In this document: positions 12,200 to 26,999 of the stretch, one piece after another
Numbering within the stretch: position 1 is the first letter of the stretch
How the letters are laid out: every line of letters begins with the position of its first letter
Notes under the pieces: model-generated
What the model was told of the DNA's origin: nothing
The model's input: only the letters and a program-made list of their open reading frames with translations
Databases searched by the model: none
Assembly: GCA_976551045.1 (NCBI GenBank)
Contig: CDPCPM010000057.1
Span: 1,364,001-1,428,000 of the forward strand
Origin: Glaucostegus cemiculus
Taxonomy: Eukaryota
Reading direction: 5' to 3'
Length of the DNA stretch: 64,000 nucleotides
Made by a program: the position numbers and the translations under genes

Positions 12200-14700
12200 C
12201 TGAGCTGGCTGATGAGGCCAGTGTGGGACCCATAGACTCTATCCTGGATGGGGCAGGAGGTTCTTGATGGTGTGGCAGGGTGTGGTATGGAAGATGGTGT
12301 GCTCCTTTCCCCATTTACACTCTGCTTCTGTGTGCTGTGGAGTAAATGGACTTGAGGTTCTCACTGCCATTCCAAATGTTCCTCTTGCATTTTGAGTATC
12401 ATGGATTTCTTCGTCAGTGGGGATTTGAAAACATTCTGGAATTGTTTCCTCTCTTCCCATGACAGAGCTTGGAATAGTGTGTCTTTTTTGGGAACCCAGT
12501 GTTAGGCATGTGAAAAATGTGATCCACCCAGTAGAACAGAATGAGTGTCATTGGGCCTCAATGATATTGGCCTGGAAGAAAACACTGACATTGGTTTGCT
12601 TAAGTTGTGTGGAGAAAGAGTTGGTGGTATATCTGCAGTGCCTTCTATGGTTAATCCACGACTGAGAACCATTCAGGAGGATGGGAATTACACTGCCTGT
12701 TAAATTGTGAATTTGCATTAGGATTGTCATCTTTATCTCATTTTCTCAGACAGTGAAAGGATATACGCTGAAGATGATGGGAAATGTTATCATCAATATC
12801 TGCCTTGAATTTTCCATATTTTCCAGGGTCTTGCCATGGACTTGCAAGGTAGTTGGATTACAGTGTGGTACAGCGGGGCAGAATGGTAGAAGGCCTTTGT
12901 TTTGCAGATTTGAAGTGTTTTCTCACATTCTTAATTGAACGAGTTGACAATGACTTGAAACTCAGCCTCCAAATATTCACGGATGCAAGCATCATCTGCA
13001 TGCTGCAACTCGCTGACTAAACTTGGGGGTGACCTTAGTTCTGGAGTGGAAGCCACTGAGCACTTTTCCACTTGTCCTGCAGATATACGTTTCTCTGGTG
13101 GGAAACTTGTTAGAGGTTAGAGGCATCACTGCAACAAGAAAAACTGAGAAAGATCTTAAGGTGATGGCACTAGCCTGCTCTGAGATTCGGTCAGCTGTGG
13201 ATCCATTGGTTAAGATGTAGCAGACATAAGATGGAGATGAATTTCTGCAGGTAGCCAAGTCTGAGAAGGATGCTCCATGGTGCCTTTCAAATGAAGGAGT
13301 CAAAGACTTGAATGAGGTCGGTAAAGGCCAAGCTGTTGTCTTTAATGCCGCTTCTAACATTTTTCTTGGAGTCGTTGCATGGCAAAGATCATATTCATTC
13401 TGTCTCTGAAAATACAGAATCCACACTGTGATTTGGGGAACAGCTCTTTAGCCACTGGGAGGAGGTTTTTGAAGAGTGCCCTAGTAATGAATTTCCTTGT
13501 GGCAGACAGTGAATGACATGTAACAATGTGTCACACACATTGAGAAGTCTTCCCAAAAGAACAATGAGATTCTGAGAATAGCCGAGAATTGATGGGCATT
13601 TGAGAGAGAATAGGTGAGGGAATGGGACTAATGGAAAGGCTCTGAGAGCGGTTATATACTCTGGGGTAAATTACCTCTTTCCATATTGTAAGGAAAATGA
13701 AATAATATGACACACGACACTGCTTCCCCATTTTTTGAAAAAAACACACAGATTGGACATCTTTACAAATTTAACTGAATCAACAGTTCCCACACTCTGT
13801 CATCTTTACACCAGGCAGATATTGTTGGAGTTTCATCCATTCTGGACTGAACAGTATGGTCTCACCTTGACTCTGATCACCAGCATCATATATTGATTCC
13901 TCTTGAAAAGTCACTTCAGAAATATCTTTGATCCTACAGTTTTTTTTTTGCTCTTCTCCTAATTATTGATCATCATTTTCTACAATTGAAACAGCTGGTG
14001 CTGCTGAATGATTCCCATTGCAACAGTAGCAGAGATTCCCACAAGCGCTGCTTTTTGCAACAATTATATTCCTTTGACCTGGACACGATGTCAGAGCTTC
14101 TATAGTTGGTCCTGGCACTGAACCATTGCTGTGTTTACTCCAGCACTTTGTAATGCTGAAAATTCCTTCCCACCTAAGGAGGCCATTTCCATAGATATAG
14201 CTACCTTGCATGATCTTTCAGATGTTAATCTTTGGACTGGATATCTTTATCCATTAATCCATTCATCCTATCACATGATTCAGAAATGCACTGAAGTTTC
14301 AATGCCACATCAAATCTTTCAGAGTAACTATATAGTTTCTAATTATCTCTCCAGACCTCTGGTTATAGGTTCCGGATCTTTAACTTCCCATAATCTTTGA
14401 TGGCACTGGGTTATGTTGATTTTCTAACTTTTCTGTTACCTCATTTAATGCGATGTTGATTTCAACAAACCAGATCAACTTCTTGTACATGTGTGTGGCC
14501 TCATTCCTGACATCTTCATTCTCACTATGTTGTGATCATGTTATTTATTGGAGACACGTTTCCACCTAATTAATGTATAAATTGGAGGTTTCCTGTGCTT
14601 TATCATAACTGTAAAATTTTTTGATGCAGTCACGTCCATTTTGCTAAGGTCTGCACCTCAGGCTTACTGTGAATAATCAAGAACTTCACAGACTAACCCT
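12200..14700 (-). mobile_element. RTE-clade LINE, highly degraded
   Basis: ORF 12548..12730 VIPILLNGSQSWI resembles the RTE VxPxLLYGSExW motif, followed by W.DH.F.M...FPK. The upstream extent is uncertain. Confidence 0.5.
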
Positions 14701-15354
14701 ATCTTTGTAGTTATATGGGGGTCACTTCAAGTCCTCAACAACTTTCACTATTAATGGCTATAATTCTTTGCTGTGCTAGTTGCCAGTGCAATGTATGTGT
14801 GCTCAGTGGGACCTTAACCTCTAACAAAGTCCATTACAGACTGCACAGACCTATACAAAAGACATGAGAAGCTCAGACAATATGTGTGCAATTTATTCAA
14901 GGGCTCTTCACACATTGGAACTTCCTATAAAACTTTTTTGCAACCCAGCAAAGAGCTCAACCTTCAAGTAACAATCATTGTTCGCAAGCAAAAATACATA
15001 TAATACAACAATAGCCAAATCAACTTTTGTTCACAATGGGAAAATTATTCTGCTGACAGTTTTAGTGAAAGACCATTTGTTCTCACCTCAATTTTTAGCT
15101 AAATAGTAAGAGGAGTGATTTTTATATGCATCCATTATATACCCCCAATAATTGAACTTTTGGAGAAACTTATGAGATCCCACCAAATGGATGAAGAATT
15201 AAGCACACCTGCATTTATTACAAATTGCAATAAAATCCGAACTTGTTTCCAGTACAATGAATTACTTGAAATGTAAACTGTAGTCACAATTTTACCATGA
15301 ATCAGCTGGGGGGTTATTTTAGAAATATTTGCTTTTAGAAATCTTTTAAGATTT

Positions 15355-15660
15355 CTTAATATTGTGATTCCAAATCAGCAGCCACTTTGCACTCAGCAGG
15401 GTCCAATAAACAGCAATCTGATATTCAACCAGTTCATCTGTGTCTGTCAAGGTTGGCTGAGGGGTGAATGTTGTTTGGACACTGGAAGAACTTAATGCTC
15501 TTGGCATCTTTGATTTCCACTTCTGCAATTGCAATTTACAAGTGTGAATGCAGTTTTATATATCATCCAAGGAATGGTATCTCTGACAATGCATTACTAT
15601 CTCAATAAAGGAATGATTGTTGACCTAGATTATTTAATGAAGTGCGATCCAAACTTCTGA
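15355..15660 (-). mobile_element. Deu-domain SINE (SacSINE1/AmnSINE1-like)
   Basis: cagccactttgcactcagcagggtcc...aaacagcaat and tcatccaaggaatggtatctctgacaatgca resemble the Deu core as recalled. Confidence 0.55.
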
Positions 15661-18600
15661 TGTTGACATTGTTAATTAAGAAAGAATATTGAACTATTAT
15701 TATTTTAACCTTCTCTGCTTAATTTGCAATTTCTAGTTTTAGATTTTTCTCCTTCCCCTTTTTTTCTCAATCAGTGGCTTCATGAAGTGAACAGAGAACA
15801 CAAACTGTGCTTTTTGCAGGGCCCCAAATAGTCCTTTGCTTTTGATGTTCAAAATTCACCACATGTGAGCCTGAAACAGTGTATTTATTAAAAAATTAAA
15901 TGTGTTTTTCTTTCCAATTTGGAGTCAGTGCTCGGCACAACCAACCTCATATGATAATTGGAGGTTGGATGGGTGAGGTAGAAGTTCACTGAAAATATTT
16001 GCGAATAAAAATGATCATCATAGGAATTTCATCACAGGAATCAACAATACAAGGAATCAGAAGAATCAATATTATGTGCTTGCAAACACCAATTTGCACT
16101 TACTTGCTGTCAGCTAGATCCTGAGATTTTGCTACACTCAGAGAAAGGAACACGAAAAAAAGTTCAAATGGTATTTTCACATCATGTAAAAACATCTGTG
16201 GTCACCAGACAAGTTTTACAGAATCAAATTAAAGTTTACTTTGCAATATTGAATGGTAATGTTATCAGTGGTTGGATTTTGCTGATTACATCTGAAGCAA
16301 AGTTGTCTACTTAAATGACATAAGAGAGTCTGAGATTCAGCAGTTATGCAGCTGTTGAAACTTAAGAAGCTCCTTCAAAGCCACATGCTGAATTAACTGA
16401 AGACTTTCTCAGCTGGAGTTCCTCATCCCCTCTTTATAAAATCTGATGTAGCTTTTGGTCAGATTGCTGCTGTGCTTTAAACTGGTTACTCCAAAATAAC
16501 CCGATGATTGATGAAGTTCATTTTTGAACAGTTGAGAATTTTTTTTAGCCACTCCAGGAAATATTGCTTAGTCCCTTATAGTTTTATTTGGGGAATAAGG
16601 GAGAATGATGATGACTGAGGGGAAGTTTCTTCCAGTTGTTTTTCCTTACATAGTTGGAAGGTTTACTCCATTCTTGAATCGTTCCTTTGCTATGTTTTGA
16701 AGTTTTGCCAGAATGGAAGGTGAAAATTTTCAATGTTGTATTTTATTTGAGATACTGCTGGCATAATTTTCCCTCCCACCCTTATGCCTCTCAAGAATTT
16801 AGATACTATTATGCTGGCATGAACATCTTTAACTCCTTTTCCACTACAGGACTGATAAATACTATGAGCTCTTCCATCTTCACACAAGGTACAATAGATC
16901 AGAGGAGAACATTTACAGCTTGTGCATCTGCCCCTCAAATCATCCTAAGGTCAAAGGTTGGTTCATGGTTTGATCAGTCTTGACACAAATATTTCAATCA
17001 GTAAACTATGAGTAACTCCATAATAACCAGGTCTTTTGCATAACACTGATGATGCTGCTTAGTTAATCCATGGGGCTTGATTTTCATTCAGTGCTCATCC
17101 AAATAGATGACTGGCAGAACAATTGGATTAGCTTCCTGTAGAGGCTCCTGCACCAATTTAGTGATCAGTCTTTGCTTGCATTGAACTACCAAAGCTGATA
17201 GAGTTTGTTATTTTGGCAGGGAAGGAAGTACAGTGGGATCAGGTTGTTCATTGTATGTCCCAAGAGGAGGAGAATAACCAGAAGGCAAGAATACATCAAG
17301 TACCAACAGCTGTTTATCCTAGACACAACCAAAACAGATATGTCAATACAATTTCATACTATGTTATTCACTTCATATTATTATTGACCCTCTACTAAAT
17401 GTGTAAAAAGGATTTATTTCATTCCATCAGTGTGATCCTACCTTGGGGATGAATAGCTCCAAGAAGTAAACAGGAGTTTTATTTCCCAATTATTACCCGT
17501 ATATACCTAAACAATATTATACAAAAATCGAGCAAGCCGTCTCCCAGCCCCTATGATGGCATCCTAAGACACATTCTTAGTAGGATGTGGTGCAAAGAAT
17601 TCAAATTTAAGGGCACCATTTTAAAGACATGAGGCTAGAAGTTCATTGCCCTCACAGTTAACCTGTTGCACTCAATGTGTCAGCAACTGTTTTGGTTATA
17701 GTCCAACACTTAGCTGAGCAGTGTTTCCTGAGGTTCAAAGTACCAGGTGGTACTGAAATAATCCTGTGGAAGTATGCTGCATGAGTACAGAGTGCAGGTG
17801 GGGCTAGGAAGAGCAATGTGCAGAGCAGAAAGATAGGTTGAGAAACAGGAGTTTGAAACCAGGGTTACTTAATATTGATTGGTGGTGTTCTGTCTTACAA
17901 TCACCAATCAAACAGTGGAGGGAGAGCAGTTTGCTGAGTTGGGAGCTGATTGCTGAGGCAGATGGAGCTCAATAAGTCATGCATTAGGTCAAGAAATTGA
18001 GGCTGGAAAGGGGAAGGGCTTTAGACTGGGCTTGACTGAATGCATGCTAAGGAAGGGGTCTATTGATTAGGGCCTGGAGACCAAAGGATCAGTGGTGCAG
18101 GATGCCATGCAAATGTTGAACTCAGGTTGGGCAGGTGGTTTGGGGTCGGTGCAATGAAGGGGGAGTCTGAGAGATAGCATGTAATTAAATTAAGGACAAC
18201 ATTGGGCAGGGATCAACTCAGGCCTGCATTAGATTATGATAACTGCAGAGAGTATTAAAGCCTCATTGGGATAAGAGTGGCCAACAATAGACAGACTATG
18301 GACCCACATCAACTAACTTCTCCTACCAAACTTTGCACTGGAAATTGCAGAAAATTCATCAACAGCACAAGCATGAATCATACTGTAAACTGCCTGGCCG
18401 AATTTAGGAGTGGTACAATGCAATCCAAAGCCATTGTTAATGAATTACATTCTGGAAACAAATTATCTTAAGACATGCACAGCTTATAGAAAAACATTAT
18501 GTAATTGAATTTCTAAGCAACAGTTTGTCCAAGACCTTTATTAGGATTTGAGGAAGATGGTTCTTTTCCTATCCCAAACTCTAAAATGTAGAGATGGGCT

Positions 18601-19013
18601 ATGGTTTGTCTGAGTTAAAAATTATAGCTGTAGAATATTTATACTTAAACTTTGACTGCTGCAATTCATGTTCAATGTGTTTATTGTTTTTTTGTTTTCT
18701 CTTCTATTGGATTCTTTTTGAGGACAGCACCAAGATATCCAGCTAAATTGGGTTAGCAATATTTCTGCAGACCCAGTCCTTAACTGACATTCTGGAAATG
18801 ATCTAATCAATGTAATTGCATAAAGTAATTAATGTTTAGATAACTTTACTGCTGTTGGTTTGGCTGTATTAAATAACATTGGCAGTGACCTGAAAGCACA
18901 TTTACCTGATTTGACCACAACTGGTTTGTTGCATGAAGCGCAAAAGTAAACATTTCGCATTTTCCAATCAAATTAAATGGAAACACAAATAACAGAGAAT
19001 TAAATACTTTAAT

Positions 19014-19295
19014 AGTGTAGCAGTTAGTGTAATGCTCTACAGTGCCAGCGACTCGGGTTCAATTCCGGCCACTGTCTGTAAGGAGTTTGTACAATCTCCC
19101 CATGTCTGCATGGGTTTCCTCCGGGTGCTCCGATTTCTTCCCATATTCCAAAGATGTACAGGTTAGGAAGTTATGGGCATGCTATGTTGGCACCAGAAGC
19201 ATGGCGACACTTGCGGACTACCCCCAGAACACCACACAAAAAGATTCATTTCACTGTGTGTTTCGATGTGCATGTGACTAATGAATATATATTAT
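19014..19295 (+). mobile_element. tRNA-derived V-SINE (HE1-like), tail type A
   Basis: B-box ggttcaattcc; V-core gagtttgtac..tctccccatgtctgcatgggtttcctccgggtgctcc; tail tttcactgtgtgtttcgatgtgcatgtgactaat. Confidence 0.8.
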
Positions 19296-19436
19296 CATAT
19301 ATAGTCAACAACAGACTTAATAGATCAAGGTATAGCATTATCTAGTGTTAATTTTTATATACCTTATGGTTAATTTCATCAAAGAAGTGGTCTAAATAAG
19401 GACTGATTGAAGTTAACAAGTTTACCAGAGAAGTTA

Positions 19437-19724
<288 letters not shown>

Positions 19725-20149
19725 TTACTATTACAGATTATTTTTAGTGTCTATTGTTCTTCTGTTTTGTTGCATTGACCTTCTTAAACCATACACCGCT
19801 TTCAGTCGAGTAAGTAGAAATATAAGATTATCCTTGATTGTTGCAAATGCTAATCTATCACGGACTATTTGAGATATTCAAAGATGGCCAAAATGAGCCT
19901 TTTTCACTCCTGATGAGGAAGACCTTAACTCTCCAAAATGGCATGATTGAACTTGATTCTATTTATTTTTTAAATAATCTAGAGTTATCAACACAATTTT
20001 CCTTTGGGTTTCTTTCTTTATCTTTTGATTTTTTTTATCTGCTTCATCTGAATTTGAATTTGTTAATTAATTTCTCAGGTCAATGTTCAGCAAATTTTCA
20101 TAAAATATGACGGCAATGTGCATCTTTCCACACAGGAAAGGAAACAACA

Positions 20150-20515
20150 AAAGATTTGTATATTTGTATTTTTATAGCACCTCTCATAACCTTAGACTAT
20201 TCAGAAGAGTCTTACAGTCAATGAAGTATCTTTGAAAGTAAAGCTGCTTTTGTGATATCAAATATGTGGCAACAAGCTCTCATGAACAGCAATGTGATAA
20301 AGACTAGCCATTCATTTTATTTTTAGTGATGTTGATTGAGGAACATAGATATACCTAAGAAAGCAATTTCAAGACTTGTTTTAAAATACAGTACAAAAAA
20401 AACAACACTCCTCAGTCCTGCAGTGCTATGCCAGCCTAAACTGTGTGCTTAAGTACCTGGAGTGGTACTTGAATCTATAAACTTCTGACACAAAGCACTA
20501 CCAACTGAGGCACTA
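20150..20515 (-). mobile_element. Deu-domain SINE in NTMT2 intron 3
   Basis: ttgtatttttatagcacc...acagtcaatgaagtatctttgaa...ctcagtcctgcagtgctatgccagcctaaac...cttgaatctataaacttctgac. Confidence 0.55.
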
Positions 20516-20595
20516 CAGATACAAACTACCCATTAATTAGGAACAGATGAAAAAAATTCTACCAATAATTTATAATTAAAAAGATATCTTTTCTA

Positions 20596-20862
<267 letters not shown>

Positions 20863-21950
20863 TCAAAATTAAATGTACAATATTAGTCTATTATGGATTG
20901 ATATTGGACAGCCACATAATCCATATCATTCTGTACAAGTTCTGCCTGAAAAGCATTTGTATTGCTGGTGAGGTGTAACATAAAACCTATGTCAAGATTC
21001 AACCTGAAGGATTGTAAAGGCCACCTCTATTATTTACAGAGCAAATATTATTTTTCTTATTTTACGGAACTGCTGCTTTTTAGTGTTGGCTTTAATTTTG
21101 AAGATTTATAGACTATAAGCGTCAATGTGGGTCTGTCAGAGTATGCAGCAAGGGCTGATGATGGAGTTGGTGGGTAGGGCTGGTAAACTTTTTGAGCTGG
21201 TGCTGGAGTTTTTGTAGAAGAAGTGAAAGGAGGAGCAAAAAGACAAATGCCTCTACTTGCCTCCAGGCTGTCTGTGTAATTATGCAGCTCTATCCATGAA
21301 CAACAACTTGGGGGTAGTTATTTAATACTGATCATTGGGGGGAATTTAAAAAGGCAGTAGTTATTTTTTAAAAGATTGGGGAATTGGGGGCTATGGAGAA
21401 CTGGCACAGAAGAAGCAGATCAACCAAGATCAGACTAAATGGTGGGCCAGCCTTGAGCAGCTGGGTGGCATACTCCTGCCTCTGTTTTCTTATGTTCTTA
21501 TATTTTTAGGCATGATAGAAGAGACCTTGATTTGTTTTGGGGTGGAGGCAGTAAATGAATTGTGCTCTTAACTGGAGCATGATCTGCAGTGTACTGAAAG
21601 CTCCACTTTTGTGGTTAAAGTTCAGGACTGCACTAAATGTTTATGCCTCTTGCTGATTTTAAGCTGCAACTTGTGATATTTAAGACAATTGTCAATTCAT
21701 TGTTGATTCAAGTTAGTCAATGAATACTTGCACTGCTCCCCCAGAGATAACGATATTTTTCACTGGAGAGTATTCAGTATTTCTCCTGGCAATTGGATTC
21801 CCAAGTATATACAGAATCAGTGGCTACTAAATTATTGTTACATGTCATCTAACAATATTGTGACAAAATCTTTCAAAATTGATTACATTCCATAAAATTG
21901 CAGGTGATCTTGGACCCCTAGATTTGAATAATCCAAGTGATAATCCAAGT

Positions 21951-23285
21951 ATGCACTCTGCACTATATCACTTAGAGAAGAAGGATTCATACTGCCGACT
22001 GCTATTCATCGACTTCAGCTCCGCTTTCAATACCATCATCCCGCAACAGCTAATCAGGAAGTTGAGCGCTCTGGGCATTAACTCTCCTCTCTGCAACTGG
22101 ATACTGGATTTTCTAACTTGCAGGCCGCAGTCAGTCAAAATTGGTGAAACACCTCAAGCACCATCACACTGAGCACTGGCTCCCCACAGGGTTGTGTGCT
22201 CAGTCCGCTCCTGTTCACCTTGTTGACTCACAACTGTGAGGCCAGATCCAGCTCCAACCACATTGTTAAATTTGCCGATGACACGACAGTGGTGGGTCTT
22301 GTCACGAATGACGATGAGTCGGACTACAGAGAGGAGGTGAAACAACTAGCCGTGTGGTGCTATGACAACAACCTCTCCTTGAATGTGGATAAAACCAAGG
22401 AGATGATAGTGGATTTTAGGAGGGGTCACCGTGTGCACGCCCCGCTGACCATCAACGGGTCTGCTGTGGAACAAGTACGCAGCACCAAGTTCCTCTGGGT
22501 GCACATCACCAACGACCTGACCTGGTCCACTAACATTACGGCCCTCACGAAGAAAGCTCAGAAACGCCTCTACTTCCTGCGGAGACTGAGGAAAGTGTAC
22601 CCCCATCCCTCCATCATGAAAACCTTCTATAGGGGGACCATTGAGAGCATCCTAACTCATTGTATCACTGTTTGGTTTGGAAGCTGCTCAGCTGCTGGGC
22701 GGAAGTCCCTCCAGAAGATAGTTAGGGCTGCGGAGTGGATCATAGGTGTCTCGCTTCCATCCCTCGCAGACATATACAAAGACCGTTGTGTGAGGAAGAG
22801 GAAAAGCATAATGGCCGACCCTTCTCACCCCTCCCACCACCTCTTCACAATTTTGCCATCAGGGAGGAGGCTTAAATGTATCAGGGCAAGAACGACAAGG
22901 CTGAACAATAGATTCTTTCCGCAAGCCATCAGAACTGCAAACTCTCTCATCCCTCCATCTTCCTTTGTTAACACTAAGAGATGCTAGGTGCACAGAAATG
23001 CACCAGCACTTTAAATGCCGACACCAGCCCGTTCACTTTAATAACTATTTATTTATTTACCGGCCATTTTTAATTTAATCTGCGTACTAATTTAATTTTA
23101 ACTTCCGTAGCTTTTAATGTTTAATTTTTTTTAATGTTTATTCTGTCGAGTGTGTATGTGTGTCTCTGTTGGTTGTTATGTTATTTTTATGGGACGAGCA
23201 CCTGAGGAGGACGGTATCTCGCTCCTATGCATACTATGTATGTACATGGTTGTGACAATAAAACTGATTCTGATTCTGATTCTGA
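21951..23285 (+). mobile_element. Young 5'-truncated Rex1/Babar-like LINE in NTMT2 intron 2
   Basis: ORFs 21879..22172 and 22196..22987 ([12 protein letters not shown]; [11 protein letters not shown]; [10 protein letters not shown]), split by a 1-bp deletion near 22147; 3' UTR ends gacaataaaa(ctgatt)n. Confidence 0.92.
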
Positions 23286-24600
23286 TAAGAAGATACACAG
23301 GCAGCTACCATGACATTTTCAATTTGAGATTTTTTTTGAACTTTTGAAAAAGCAGAAAGAAAGGATCTTTGTCTGCTTGGGATAACACCTGAAATCTAGG
23401 CTAATTATGTCTGAATAGATGCCTCTCAGATCTATAAAAATTAATTGTGTTTAATTCTACATTATGTGAACTTTTCGTGTTTTGGTGTTCCTGCCAACCT
23501 CCAAGATATCCCTTTTAATGTTGAAAATCATCTACTGTAATTTTTACACCTAGAAAATTTCACCACTGGTGGGTCTCAGTGCAGATGGAGGTTTCTACGA
23601 ACTGATAACAGCAGTCCACAGATGCCTCAATATGTGACTCTGATACTGCCACTGGTTGCAAGGGCTTATGACAAGACTTAGGGAAGACTGTCCTGATCCA
23701 CTGAAGGGTAGGGATCTCCCTGGGAGATCCATGTGCCTGAGGCTGCCATGGAGAAAGCACTTTAACAGCACTGAACCATTTCCCACAGATAAAGGCACCA
23801 ATGACTTTGCTGCCACCTACCCAACAGGCACTGCATATGTGAATTGCACAGATCAAACTTTGAATTCCCTCAAAGGGAGTAAACCACAATTACGATTTCT
23901 TAAAGCAAGGATGTCCCAGTGGCATAATATATTTTGTGAATCCTGATTTGACATTAGTGCAACACAGTCGCTGTTTAACACATCAAATATTGGGGAAATC
24001 CAATTTCTAGGCATAACATTTCTCCAGTTTTTGCTAAGAGCTGAAACCCTTTAAGAATTAAACATATGGTTCTGCTCGGAACTATTTCTAAAGCATATGC
24101 CTTGCTTATCAGAATAAGAAGTCGTTTGAAGCAACATAGGGTAGTTTATTTCCTGACTTGTATTCCACTGTTTTAGGTAAATAGTTAAATGTTCTATTGG
24201 TGTAGTTGACTGTGCTTTGCATTGGTTGAACATAATTAATCAGCTGAAACTCTTCAATTTTCTTAACTATTATTTCAGCTATTGTAGTAAAGCATAGTAA
24301 AAAGTATGTGTGTACCCTATTTTCCCTTCTATATGTAGCACCTGGTACTTACTTCCTTATATTTTTTCTGTCACCTGCCCACTTGCATAGTTTGCCTCCA
24401 ATTCCTTTATTTCCCCCCTCCAATTCCAAAAGCTCTTGGAACCATTTTCTCAGTGACCTAGGGTTCTTGCCATGGCCCCTTACCTGTGCAGACACTTTGA
24501 AACTGCAGTCTGTTGGTTTCAGAGATTATAATATTTATGAATGAGCAAGATGTGCTATGAAACCACCATGTTACTTCCAGTAGGTGCCAGAGGTTTGTAG

Positions 24601-24939
24601 GCAGCACAGTGGCACATAGAGAAGAGCTGCAGCTTCACAGCTCCCGCGATCTGAGTTCAATCCTGACCTCTGATACAGTCTGTGTGGAGTTTTGCACGTT
24701 CTCCCTGTGGCCATTTGGGTTCCCTTTGCGTCCTTCAGTTTCCTCCCAAATTCTTCCCAAAAAGGTGTGCTTGTTAGGTAGGTTAATTGTGACTGCAAAT
24801 TGCCCCTTGTGTGTAATTGAGTGGAAAAATCTTTGGGGGCGAGGAGACAATAAAATGACATTTGTGTAAGTAGGTGTTGGATGGTTAGTGTGGACTTGGT
24901 GGGCCAAAGGGCCTGGTTCTGTGCTGCATGACTATGACT
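24601..24939 (+). mobile_element. V-SINE (HE1-like) with CR1-type tail (type B)
   Basis: gagttcaatcc B-box; tgtgtggagttttgcacgttctccctgtg core; tail gggccaaagggcctggttctgtgctgcatgactatgact resembles CR1 3' ends in this window. Confidence 0.75.
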
Positions 24940-25399
24940 TCTTGGCTTTAAAGCACAATTTGACCTGGGTATAAAAGGAAGTAGAAAGTTAAATGGAAAG
25001 TGATCTGACTAAAAAGATAATTATAATATTAAATTAAGATTATAAAAAGGTTAAAAATGAAGTTTGGAATATTCATGTAAAACGTTCAACGGAATGGAAA
25101 ACAAGTTGGTGGCATGATGAGGATCCAATAACAGTCAGTAACACGATTCAATAACATAAAGGTCGAATGGACATGGTGGACTGAAGGGCCTGCTTCTGTG
25201 CTATAAGACTCTGTGGCCCTTTAAAACCAAAACTTGATTCAAGTGCATTAAGGTGCAAAGTTTTATTTTCTTTTTCTGTCCCAATTTTTTTTATAGTAAG
25301 CCACAAATAAAGCAAGTGAGTTTATGATTTGGAAGAAAAACAATTAATGGCCAAACTAGATGCAGAAGCAATGCGCAATGATTCATAGAATGATAACAC

Positions 25400-26950
25400 C
25401 GTAACATTATGAAAAGTTAAAGCACAGAAGGGGGCCGTTCAGCCCATTGTGTCCATCCAGACCAAAATTGGAGTTACATTGGTTTCCTCTACTTCTCATC
25501 TTTTGGTTCATAGCCTTACAGTTTACAGCTCTTCAAGTTCTCACCTGGTGTGTTTTAAATGTACTGGCTCCACCGCCCTTTCAGGAGGACCTTAACTATT
25601 TCCTCTCTAATCATTTTACCAATTACATTAAATCTCCATCTTCTAATTATTTACTACTCTGCTAAGGGAAGTAGGTCCTTCCTGTTCACCCTGTCCAGGC
25701 CTCATAATTGTGTACACCTCAATCATATCTCTCCTCCAAAGAAAACAGCCTCACCCTACTCAGTCTTTTCTCAAAATCCAAATCCTCCAGCATTGGCAGC
25801 ATCCTCATAAGTTTCCCATGAACCCTCATTTAATTTGATTCATCTGAACCAACTTACACAAGAGATTTGGCTAGGTTCCAAAAATCCACTCTTGCAGACA
25901 TCCCACCATCATAATAATTGTTACCATATGGTTTACTAAACAAATAATAGGCCAGCAATAGAAACTTTTCATGAGTGGCGTGATGAGAAGCACAGTTCAC
26001 CATTCAGTAGTATGTGTCAATGCTATGTTCAAGTCATATTACATATGAACATACAAATTAAGAGCAAGAGTAGGCCTCTCAGCACCTTGAGCCTGTTCTA
26101 CAATTTAATAAGGTCATGGTTAATATGACTGTAACTTGCAATAGACTTTCACATTCTTGCTTATGGAAGAATCTATCTAGCTCTGGATTAAAAATATTGA
26201 GAGACTCTGTTGCCACCACCCTTTGAGGAGGTGAGTTCTAAAGACTCACAAGCCTCTGAAAGAAAAATATTTCTTTCCCGCAGTTTTAGATTCTCCCACA
26301 AGAAGAAATATCCTTGCCACAAGACCCCTCAAATTTTCATTCTGAAATACAGGAGTGTTTCATTCAAATCCCCCTTCACTCTTTACTCCAGTGGACACAA
26401 ACCTAGCCTGTTTAATCTTTCCTCAGAAGACAACCCACACATTCCAGTTATTTCTTTTCTGAACTGCTCTCAATACATTAACAACCTTCTTTAGATAAGG
26501 AGACCAATATTTTACACAGTAATCTCACCAATATCAACATCTCACCAGTACCTCATATAACTGAACCCTAATGTCCCTATTTTTGTATTTAATTCCTCTA
26601 GAAATAAACAATAATTTTATTAGCTTTCCAGATTTCTTGATGCATCTGTGTATGAACCTCTTGTGAATCATTCATAAGGACACCCAAAATCCTCTGTATC
26701 TCAAAGCTCTGTAATCTCTTACTGTTTACATAATATGCTTCCCTTTTTAATTTTCTTCTTGCCAAAATGGACCATTTCACAGTATTCTACATTGTATTCC
26801 ATTTGCCTACTCACTTCTTATCAATGTTCCTTATATCCCATCCACAGCCTAATTTTGAACATATTTGTGTCAAATTTAGCAAGCTTTGGTGCCCTTATTT
26901 GAGCTATTGAAATAAATTCTGAAATGTTGAGGCTGCAGCATTGATATGTG
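25400..26950 (-). mobile_element. Old CR1 LINE 3' fragments (two pieces)
   Basis: Reverse-complement CR1 3' UTR and RT C-terminus, e.g. ORF 26598..26780 RLQSFEIQRILGVLM. Confidence 0.6.
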
Positions 26951-26999
26951 TTGTACTATTTCAGCTTGACAGCTATTGCTTTCCCATCCCCTTGTCTCC

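Noticed and set aside
16300-18450. Possible highly degraded LINE or coding remnant
   Set aside because: Composition suggests an old repeat, but I could not confirm diagnostic motifs.
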